A stretch of 64,000 nt of DNA from Lingula anatina (lineage: Eukaryota > Animalia > Brachiopoda): the NCBI GenBank assembly GCA_051362555.1, contig CM120640.1, positions 35,669,967 through 35,733,966 of the forward strand, read 5' to 3'. How positions within the stretch are numbered: the stretch's first letter is position 1; every line of letters starts with the position of its first letter. The notes under the pieces are model-generated. The model ran no database searches. It worked only from the letters and a program-made list of their open reading frames with translations, and had not been told where the DNA came from. This document shows, piece after piece, positions 12,370 to 24,300 of this stretch. The translations under genes were made by a program, and so were the position numbers.

Positions 12370-15300
12370 CTGAGGAGTAAAAAACACGTTATTATCATTT
12401 TTTTTGTTTTTAATAATTTATAGTATTATTATTATTTTTGTTTGATTTTGTTTTGTGTTATTTTGTTTTGAAGAATCACTAGTAAAGATAGCAATCCTAT
12501 TGCATATATAACTTACATCACAAAATAAAAATAATGAAACAAAGTTATATGTACTAAAAGAAGGAAATTTATTTTCATTTTACTTTTAAAAAACATTATA
12601 AAGTTAAAATAAGATATTTAATAAGGTCAGTGGAAGGGGAAAGAAAAAATGAGGAAAAATCCATTTACTTGAAAATTTTTGTCGGGAAAAGCGAAATTAC
12701 TTCACACAAAAATACGCAATTTCCTTTAACATACACCTTGTTCAAAACGTTGAGACAAGAAAAATCGATTTTGCCTTGTAAACGGATCACAGCATAAAAA
12801 CAGATGTACACACGTTCTGACGTGACTTGTCAAAATATCCTCCTTTGACAACGACAAAAACAAGTTAGAGCCGCTTAAGTGACTCCTTGTACGAGTTTTG
12901 GACACGCCAAGTGAGGAAAGGATCATTGAACATCATCGCTAACCATGGTAAGAGGAAGTTATGAAAGATTTAGTTTATTTTAGGAAAATAAGTAAAAACA
13001 ATTATTGGACTCTATATCCTATCTGTACTTACGTAACTGTCCTTGTATGAGTTTTGGACACGCCAAGTGAGAAAAGGATCGTTGAGCAACATCGCTAAGC
13101 ATGGTAAGTGGGGGTTATGAAAGATTCCGTCTATTTTAAGAAAATAAGTAAAAGCAATTATTGGACCATATACCTTATCTGTACGTGCGTTCTTCTTCGA
13201 ATTCCATGTAAACTCTAATATGGCAATGACCACAGACAGCGCTAGCCCAGCAAGCAGGACAACAAATACCCCTCCAATGTTCTGTAAACCAAGTGCACTA
13301 GCCTTGGAATCTTGCTTTTTGGCATTTTCTCGATTGCACGTCCCAGTGTTTTTCCACCATTTATTATATAGGATTTGTATCCTTCCACCTTCTTGTAACT
13401 CCAGAATAGCCATCGAAATTTGATCTCTGTAAGGGGAGCCTGTTTAAAAAACATCATTGAGAAAAAGTTGCGGAATATGTAAAAGAAATATTTAATCACG
13501 ATATATAATTTTACTAGAACATGAAAAATGACTAACAGAAACAGAAAAATATGACTGGTTCGTATAAAGATTTAACGCCACTAAATTAATCTCACCACTT
13601 TTCTTTCTTTTCTTTTTTCTTTCTTTAATACTTTTCATCTCTGCGTTATAGATTATTGCTGAGACTTCCAATTATCAATTCTTGCAATTTTGACTTACAT
13701 ACATATTAGAAAGCATGCGAGAGAAAGAGTAAAATATCTTGGATTTGAAGGTAATGTGAAATAGGATAATACAGGAGTCAACCGAGGTAACCACTGAATA
13801 GGTTTGTGGCCGGGCGCTGGGCTGGAAACAGTATTAGTGTACTCATTACTAGACCAAAAAATCACCTTGGTAGAATTAGTGGATAATTTACAGATATACA
13901 AACGTATACAGTGTATATGGTAAGTTAACAGCCTCGTTTCTTCAAGGCCATTGGACGGGTGAAATGAGGACTGCCTCTCGGCTAATTTATCGTGGATTCT
14001 TCAAGCAATTTATGCGGTACCTTTGGCATTTGGACCCTATTTTGGCCAGTACGTACCCATGGGCGTCCCTATCCCATATCCTTTACTGTCCAGCAGTCCA
14101 CCGACTTGCATTAGCTCACAATCCCTGTGGATGGCATATTCTAACATGGTGGACTCCATGAGGTATGCATAATTCGAGTTCTTCACTCTCTCTATCCCGT
14201 CCTCCGTGGTGCGGGTGAATACATTGGGGGTGCGGCTTTCCATAAAGGCCCACATTCTCTGATACGTGGGGATTTTGGATTCCTATGTGAATCACAGGTC
14301 CAGGTTATAAGTAAAACAGATATGAAATGAAATCTCAGTTTTGAAAGCGGTCGGTAAACAACTTCTATAAAGTGAATAATGATTCTAGAAATAGAATATG
14401 ATTAAGGGGAAAATTATAATACAACCAAGATACAATGTAGAACGAAGCTTTTGAAAATATTATCCTTTCATCTGTATATATATTTTTTCATGTAGATAAA
14501 AAACCTATACCTCCATGCTAAAAACATAGTTCAAAATAAATGAGTTTTTATGCGGGGGTCTTAAATTACATTTACGTGACTTGATTCTCGACTGCGTTCG
14601 AAATAATTAGTTTTCTTCATTTCAAGACATTTCTAGTATATTGCACTTAAATAGAGTAGGCACTGGTCTGAAACATTTGCAATATTTGTTATAAAACACC
14701 TGCAATATTTCATTCAACTGAATTACTGCATGTACATGCACTGTAAAAACAGTGCTTAGCATTTAAATACCTACAACATACGTTAAGCACCTATACGCAT
14801 TTAGAAATATGTGTAAAAGCTAAGCACGTATAGCTTTTCAAGCGTTTCACAGAAGAAAATGCTAGACACATTGACAGTGTTACACGTTTAGCTATGTGCT
14901 TAGTTTCACCGATATATGGATCTATAATCAGTCTATCACAAGCTAAGCACATTGGCTAAGCACTTCCCCTGCTAAGCGCGTGAGGCTGCTAAACATATGG
15001 AGCTGCTATAGGCGTGGAATTCCTAAACGCGTGGAGCTGCTGAACAATACCCTCTATCAAGGCCGCAGTTCTTGGGGACATTTTTTGCTGAGGCGACATC
15101 AGACCAAATTGACTATCTATTTATCTAGAGACATATATGTGAAAAATCAATCTGTCGCCCTGGTAGAGGGTAGCTGAAGAACAAGTTTAGCTTTTCAAGC
15201 TTCTTTCAGAAGAAATAAAAATGTTTAACATTCTTAGAAGTGTCGCACTTCAGCTATGTGATTAGTTTCACCGGTCCCATAACTTAAGTTTATTACAAGG

Positions 15301-18300
15301 CTCAACAATTTGGCTTAACACTTCCCCTTGTAAACGTGTGGAGCTGTTGAAGGCGTGGAGCAGTCTGCTCGAACGCTTGGTGTCCTTCTTGCAGTAACGC
15401 GTGCTTATTTAAAATAGGCCTATTAAAGATGCATACAAAGTCAATTTTTTGCTCAAAAACCAAGCAAATACCAGTATATAGTTTCAAAAAGTATAATTAA
15501 GGAAATTGCCAGAATGCATTGATTAATATTACCCGAAAAATGATATTTGAATGGATTTTTCTGTTAGCTTAATATCCTGAATATACATGGGGCAGAAAAG
15601 TAGGTCACATAAGTAGGTTAAATTTCTGACCAAAAATTTAAAGAGCAGTCTAAAGCTCTATCATGGCTGATCGAGTGATTTATTCAGTTTGTCCCTTGGC
15701 ATATCGACTTTATGTGAGTCGTATAAGAATCTAGTAGAGGTGGTTTATATGTGTTACTGGCAACCCACACTCCACCGATGCTCGATTCATACATGTATGT
15801 ACCTTTAAGTAAAAATCCAAATAAAAAATAACGTTTTCACGACGTTATCAGATGGTTACATGATGGTAATGGTATAAAAGAACATTATGGTAGCGTTATG
15901 GGTGTTTTAACTCCATGCAAAATGATGTACAGAAACGTTATAATTTGTAAAAAGATTCGAAGACCGTTTGTACGTTTCTGCAAAATTTTATGATACATAT
16001 GCCACGTCATTTTGTGGATTTTTATCAGCGTGTTTATAACATTCTGGGAAAACATTATATGATGTTTTGAAAACATTTTTTATATAAATAACCAAAACAC
16101 GTCTTATGCTGTTTGAACTACAGTTAGCAGTTAATTCCAAAATGGGTTTGGGCTAGTCGGCGACTAGAGCGATGCAAACATTCGGACTATCGGTACCGAA
16201 ATAACCAGCATGTCATGAAAGCTTAAATAAAGTATTATAATGAATACCCCACTATCATCCTGAAGTACATTACTTTCGGAAAAAAATAATAGAAATTAAT
16301 ACCGTAACGCATTTTATCAAAATATAGAGAAGGGTGTTTGAAAGTAAAAACGATAGTTGTTTCGTGCCTTTAGTGAACTGGTGAATTTTCCTAACCTGCT
16401 TTTCAGAAATACATTCCAATAAACTTCCTCGCAAGGTCAGCTAACACAAGGATGAATAAGTATAGCTGTAAAAATGATAGTAGGAAGTCAACGATGTTGA
16501 CAGTTCACGGTACCCTGTTATAGGAAGAGATAACTATAGCAGGTAAAGGTGACCGTGACTTAGTGTGTGTGTGTGTGTGTGCGCGCGTGCCCGCCCGCCC
16601 GCGTGTGTGTTCGACTAAAAAAATTGAAACACTTAGCACCTAAAAGTTAAACAAATACACCCTATATAAAGCCGTCAAACGCGTCATACTGCTAAACACA
16701 TGCGTGTAACATGTTAAGAAGCTAAACATGTTAGGAGCTAAACGTGTGGAAAAAGTGAGACAAAACAGGCGCTTAGAATTGTGTTTAGGAGCTAAACACT
16801 GTTTTTACAGTGTGTACTTGTTTAGCTTTAGTAAAATAGGTTGCAATGGTGGTCTTAACATTTACACCAATTTTCGGGCTTTTTCGGAGGGAGGGGTCAG
16901 CTAGGCCCCAAGGTTAGAGCAACTCGTGACCACTTACCCTGAAAAATGTCATCGTTGAGCCCCCTTCTAGAGTCCCATACTCGATGTCTGTCTGTTTCGA
17001 GAGGTCCTCGGCACTTTCAATAGGCGACACCATCCTTTCAACAGTTAAAAAGGCAGCCAAATTAGCAGTATAGGAAGAAATGATTATGAGCGTGAAAAAC
17101 CACCAAATCCCACCGACGATCCGCGTGGACACCGCACGGGGGTTGATGTCCGACCCTTGTTGCATAAGAGTCCCAACAGTAAACCAGCAACTGTTGGAAA
17201 GGTTGAAGACATTCCTCACCTCGTCAGTCTGCGGGTTGCAGGGGTGGGGATTGTACCATTCATACGGGCTGAACCGTGCCAAAATGAACATAGTAAAGCT
17301 CACTGCCAGATAGGCCAGCACTATATATATCCAAATTTCCACGGCCAGGGGATTAAGGAAGGAGAAGATCCCCGGCGTTTCTCCTTTCGGAACTTTGAAC
17401 AGGATGCTAATTCCCAAGTTAAGGAAAGGTTTAGTGAAGTCAATGGAACGTTCTCGTAGATAGCTTATAGTAAGGGCTGCTACTGCCAGGTCGGCCCTCT
17501 AGAAAAAGACAGAAAAAAGAATATTTAGTTAACGTATATTATTAGTAGTACTTTTATGTGATTTTAAACGTGATGAAGTTACTGCATGTTTTAATATGGA
17601 CCAAAATGCAAGTAAAAAGAAAGAATTTATCCCTCTTAATCTTCTCGATCTGGCTAATTCTAATTCTAATTTTAAGTGATAACCATTTGGGACTTTAATA
17701 CACCCTTTTAAGAAATCTAAACTATACAGTTGAAAAAAAAAAAGAACTCGAAATTAGCGATTATGCAAAGAGGCTGATGATGGCGAGATTTTCCGATAAA
17801 TGAAACAAGGTAAAGCTTACGGTTACAACTGGAAAATTATGTTACAGACGCAAAAAGGTAAACGCTTGCGTCAATCGCATGAATTATCGATGATGAGTTA
17901 CAGGTGCTTGACCGAATCTGTTTGTCTGAGGTGGGGGGGTGGGGGTGGGAGGGATACTCACCTGTCAACTGTCGTCAAAACCAAAACGTTTTATGTGCGT
18001 TGAAATTCCCGAACAACGCAAGAGCCCAACCATGTTGGCAGTTAAGATTTTTAAAAACGGAAAACATTTTGAATGTTGTTCTAAGACAAAGAAAGAAATC
18101 ACTGAAATTAATATTGTGACGGCCCTTCATCGACGTAGTCGATGTAGTTGACTTCAAGTAAGCTGTTCGTTGTTAGGTTTACGAGGTGAAAACGGTAGCC
18201 ACCTTTTGTACTGTGCGCTTTTATGCAGTTACATGATGTAAATAGATGTAAAGTATACCCCCATTGGATGATTTTTTTTTCATCTTGTGGTCTTGGGAGC

Positions 18301-21300
18301 AGGGCACGGGAAGGCACAAGCGAAAAATTTAGTGCAATTTAAGCCACTTACGCCATCTATCAATTCTCTGACCATTCCGGTCCACTCTCCCTTATCATTC
18401 ACAATCCCATACTGCCCATCCGGAACAAGCTCAATCTCGTACTCGAACCCGACAATCTTGGAGATTTCGGAGAGCAAGTCGATACAGAAACCTTCGTAAC
18501 GGTCATTTCCCTCCAGGGCTGGTTTCGTGGAATCTTGCTTTTTCAGCTGAACGTACGGCTTCTCCTGAAAAGAAACAGTTCACGCTACTGTGCTTGTATT
18601 AGAGTTTAGTTGAATAGTATATAAAATAAAACGTTGATTTCTTTTTTCCTCTTTTTTTTCAATACATTATCATATACTTTGTCATACAATTCATCGGAAA
18701 AAGCACGGTTATGCTTTGTGTGTACTGGAGTATCTACAAAATTGAAAAAAGGTTCCCGTTTTCGACCATAATATACTACAGCTAAGACTGTATAATTGTG
18801 TACATTCAGATTTTTTTCTTTGAATTATGCCTATCTCAGCATTCAAAGACGGTCATACCGGTCATGCAAATTGTATTCTCTATTGCATGCACTTCGCTTT
18901 TCAGCAACTAACACTATGTAGCAAGGAAATGATAAAAATAGCTACGTTGATATCGATTAGAATTAAATACGAGAAATACGATTTCATTTGATTAATTGTG
19001 GCATCAGTGACGCGTATAAATAGTCCTCCCTCCTCAATCATTCATCAGAGGTACTATCGGCTTGTACAGGTGGAATAAGCGCACAAGCACTGCTAACACG
19101 AGGTGAAATAGGACGGTGGTTTGCCTGGATTTGAGAGAAGCAATGCTGTTCGTGTTTCTGATGATTTCGAGATAACAGGGTTTCCTCCATACTAGATAAG
19201 ATTTATGTATAATATCAATGAAAATGAACTAGCTACTCTGAACAATAAGATAAAGTCAGTAAAAAGATACCCTACGTCAAGGTGAAGATCAAATTCATAA
19301 TTAGTAATGAAAGCTCAATCATTGCGCATGCACAGACCACCTGAAACAATGCTAAGTTGAAGCACAATCTATGTCGTGCATTATACAATCATGCTCAAAG
19401 CAAACCCTGCGCAGGCAACACTGCATGCTTATATTTCTGCACAACTGCACTGAGCACATCTTTCAAAAAACCCCACAATCTCTGGGCATTTCATGTAATT
19501 TGCATTTACAGTTGATCACCAGCTGGTTAAGTCGAGACTTTTCAAAATTACAACAGAAGCTGTCGGTAGGGTAGTTTGTTTTCGATCCATATCACCAGAC
19601 TGGTGTCAATTCTCAAAAAGCGACGGTGAAATATATTTATACTACATGTAGTACGACCAAATCAATAACTGTACTTTCCTTATTCTAAAATGCAAAAATC
19701 ACGCCACGTCTATATAAAGTCTCCATTGTTCCATTTGGAAGTCGGAATCAAATATTTATTACAATCACTACAGTATAAACATAAACAGTGCATTGCACAA
19801 TAAACGCCCACTCTTCACATCAATCCTCAAATACGCACAGACAGGGGAAGTCAGAGATGACAATCTTGGGTACGTTGTGGCGGAAATACATATGCATATG
19901 AATATAAATATATATATATAAAGTGAAAGATATATCAAATATACACAAAACACCTGCATCCCTTTAAAATGTTTAGATGTTTTATGGTTTATATTCTATG
20001 AATGAGAAAAAGTCTGCATTAAAAACGAACACAAAAGGAAATAATTGATCTAACGCGTTGCTAGAATTAGGTCAAACTTTTATTTTGCTAGTTTGGCATT
20101 ACGTGTTTATTTACAATCCCATTGAAAACAGATGAACGTGTATGCACTGTTCCAGCAGAGATTGCCATTATGATTTCTGTTGTAAGCCAGCTAGTCCTAC
20201 TGCTTTCCAGCTCATTGCTGCTGAAATTGAAGTCAACTGAGTGCCGTTAAAATGGCTTCCCATTCTTAGAAATCGCAATAACTGGGTCGGCCAAGATAGC
20301 TTTTAATTACGCCGTCAGAAGTATACTGGAAATGCAGCCTAATTAGCACGTGTTTCACGAATAGCGTCTCAAGTAACTTTGCCACTATTACTACCCAATC
20401 CGACTGAATTTTTTAATTAAAGGCCTTTTCGAACGTTGTGTCTCAGCGATACACGGGTAATGGTATGTTTTGAGTGATTGGCAATGTAATGATCTTGCTT
20501 TTACGTAAGAGAGGCCTCTATATAGAGCTCCTGCACTCGACACGGCAAATTTATCAACTTACTAAGCAGCAGAAAGTGAACAAATAAAGAATAGAGGAAG
20601 GGAATAAAGTCTGCTGAATCTCTCATAACAAAACGGTACAGCTGTAACGCTCAGACATAATGCCTGAAAATGACCTTTAATCTGTCGAAGATAAGCACAG
20701 CGAGCTTCATTGGCATTATTGTATATAAAATCCATCGCGGACACGAAGTACTTTGTAAGTAAATAAACATACATAGTAGTTTATCATTTACAAATTCAGG
20801 GATGCAAATGTCTTTCCAAAGATGAAAAACACCAAAAAAGAGGAGAGTACATCTTTAAAAACACAAACAATGTCTTCTACTTAGAATGTCTGTCCAACCT
20901 ACCAACATTGTAGTCACAATCAGGACGCGATGCTGTAAAACAGAGATTATTGCACGCGTAAAATTGCGCACTTTGATATCTCAAAAGCCGTAAAGCTGTG
21001 ATTCAAGCATGCATGAATATTTTTTGTCTTAAAAAGGGTTTTTGTATCAGAAACGAAGTGGTGTAATAAATGGATATGATGTTAGAAAAGTGTACGAAAA
21101 GCAGTGCCAAAACTCATGAATGAATCCAAAATTATTCAAATTCGCCGCATACTACTGCATACATGTAAATGGATATGCTGATATACACGTTCTTATGTGC
21201 CATTTAGCTTTTAGAATATGCTCAGAATAAATTTTATAAGTAATATTTGAAAAGACAATCTATAAGAAACATTGAAAACTCCTTCAACATAAGTAAATCT

Positions 21301-24300
21301 ATATATACAAAATGAATGTTCAAAGATAGATTAGGAGAATTTAAAAGTACCATTGTTCAAATCGAGGAGCAATATTGACCGTCAGATGGCGCTAAGTTCC
21401 GGGCCTATATCCCATTAGACATAGCCACTGACACAAATGACATCTGGCGTTCCTGCGTTCTTTCATCTTTATTCAAAGGTCACTCTCGATCAATTATATC
21501 GAACACCCCTTATCTTATTCCTTCAGAAATTTATTCTGAGCACAAAATAAAGCTATGAGTTAATTTCTTAACTACGGCTTTAGTCTACGTTAACCATTCT
21601 CGAGGAGTGTGAGCAAGACAATCGTTCTCGGACCGATGGTCACTGGCGACCCAATGCCCAGTCTCCTCGAAGAAATTCCAAATGCTATGAATTAACAGCA
21701 GCTGTTTCACAAAAAGTATCCACTAGAAATAAGTAATTAATTTTAGCTTCTTTAACTTTGTGTCGGTACCATCGTGGTACATTTATTTTTGTTCAAAGTA
21801 GAATTTTTTGAAATTTTCGAAAGGGTTTTGTGAAACAGATCCCTCTGCCTTGGATCGCCGTTACTTCAAACATGGCACTAATGCGCTTTTTACTGTAGAA
21901 AACATGCTTCCATATAACAAAGTGCATATATGCGATTCTTGCAATTATCTAAGATTATCAAATTACTACTGTGTAAAAGTACCTTTAAATGCGTTGCTAT
22001 GGTACCAAGTTTTGAGAAATATAAACATTTTAAAAGATTTTGTCCTGTTAATTCAGAATAAATAATACTCGAGGTGTTTTTTACAAGAACCTCATATGCC
22101 TTCGAGGTTTACTGGGTGGATAACTGAGGTTTTAAAAGAAATAAGGATTCACAGGGATACTTGGCGGAAATCGAATTTGCGTAGTAGGCGAGAAGTATAA
22201 AATTGCAGACAACATATTTACAGGAGGGTGTAGCGGGTACGATACATTTGAAGATTTTGGTAGATAAATCAATAAACAGAAAAATCAGTGTAGCATACCA
22301 ATCTCGATGTTATCAAAAGCGTTTGGTTGGCAAAATGGCGGACTTTTAATGTCGGTGGCTCCGTGATATTCAGTCCTTTCTCTGTCGACCACGTACCGAC
22401 CTGGAAACGGGATATTGCCAACAATATAATAATTTAAACTGCAGTTGTGTAATTGAGTTCAAATCGCTTTCACTGTTTAAAATTTAGCTACATTAAGCAG
22501 TATTCACTTGTTTCCCATACAATGTACATAACTAGATATCATCCTTCCTTGACTGGTTTCTTGAATATTAATTTAAAGAGGACACATAGCGTAATATGTA
22601 TGCATAGTTTAATTATATAAACTATTAAACCGAAACTTTTTCACTTTACCATTTAGAGATACTAAAATACCTTCTGGAGCGCTTCATCTGTATCCGTCAG
22701 TTTCAAAATGTCAAACTCCACATTGGATACACGTAAACCATTGTCTATGCGGATAGAGCCTGTCAATCCTTCAACCCCTTGAACCTGAATGATTTACCAT
22801 TTCATAAAATAAGTACGATTTTTAAATTTTATAATCGCTTCATCGGAAATGTAATATTAAAACATTGCGTGTTAGGCCAACATGTACTGATCGTTTAAGA
22901 CATAATATTCAAGTTTAGTCTAAAAAGTCAAATCTAGATCGTATTCATGAAGTATTGTTTGTTGAAAATTTTGTTCACGTACGCAATTAGTGACGGCCTT
23001 TTAGCTTCAGTGAATGCCTAATTCATTTTCTCCAATATTGTAATTATCATCCTACATTACATCTTGTTTATACCAAAGCATCAAAATTTGCAATTTTGAT
23101 ATATGACAATTTCATGACGACTTCTGTGCTTTTATCTGTTCTAGCAAAAATAAAGCTTCGGCGAGCCTTTCAGCATTTGGGACACAAAAGTGCCACTTAG
23201 AGTGCATTCCCAGAGATTTAAATCGATCCATCCGGATCGACCTAACTCCCTGGGGGTTCAGGCTAAATTGCAGTCAGCTGAGCGCTCACGGTAGTTAATT
23301 ACCCCCTGACAGCTTTTAGTAGGCGGGACAGACGCTTAAGCCGGCTACGCTGACAGGGATAGATCGATCTAAAATCTGTGGGAATGGGGTCTAAACCTTT
23401 GTTAATGTATGACAATTTTTTCTTCAAGTTCAATAAGGACAAAGTGCACTAAAAATTGCAAAAGGCTTGAATTCTGAAGCACTTACCCTATTTATATAGT
23501 TATACAGACTGCTCCCCAGTGCCCACGTTTTTGAGTCACTGCAAGAAAGGTTTCCCATGTAAATCGAGGCACTTTTGTTTAAAGCTTCCAGTGCATTCGC
23601 AAACAGCAATCCGGCATCGTAAGTCAATGCAACTCTAGTCTGAAGAAAAATAATTTAGTATGATTAACTTTCTTTAAAGGTACATACGAACCGAGCATCG
23701 GTGGAGAGTGGATTTCCAGTAACACATCTAAACCACTTCTACTAGTTTCTTATACGACTCAAATAAATTCGACATGCCAGGAGATAAACTGAATACATGT
23801 AGATCACTCGATCACCCATAAAAGAGCTTCAGACTGCTCCTTTCTTTAAATTTTTGGTCGGAAATTAAACCTACTGTCGTGACCTACTTTTCTGCCCCAT
23901 TGATATACAGCATAGAATGCTAGCCGAAAAATCCGTTTAAACGTCATTTTCGGGTAAAATTAAACAATGCCTTTTGGTAATTCTCTTAGTTAAACTACTT
24001 GAAACTATATGCTGGCATTTGGTCGGTTTTTGTGGCAAAAATTGACTTTGTTTGCATCTTTAAGCAAAACCCGTTGAAAACAACCATGAGTTTTACAGTT
24101 TATCGATGACTCTCTTTTTTTAACCATCACTGGTTAATCTCTAGTTAAATAGTTATGATAAAAGCATGCTGGGTAAACTACGAAACTCTAGGCGTTTAAA
24201 ATCGATATGAAAACATCTTAAAATGCCACCAGCTCAATTCGCAATTGCAAAAGCACTTAAATTCCATTAACTCATTAAATCTTCATCTAATCGTTCTTTT

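Noticed and set aside
14739-15400. Repeated GCTAAGCAC motifs as a CRISPR-like array
   Set aside because: Irregular spacing, eukaryotic context, and explained as subterminal repeats of the CACTA-like element.
17080-18499. Plus-strand ORFs overlapping iGluR exons
   Set aside because: Antisense shadows of coding exons.
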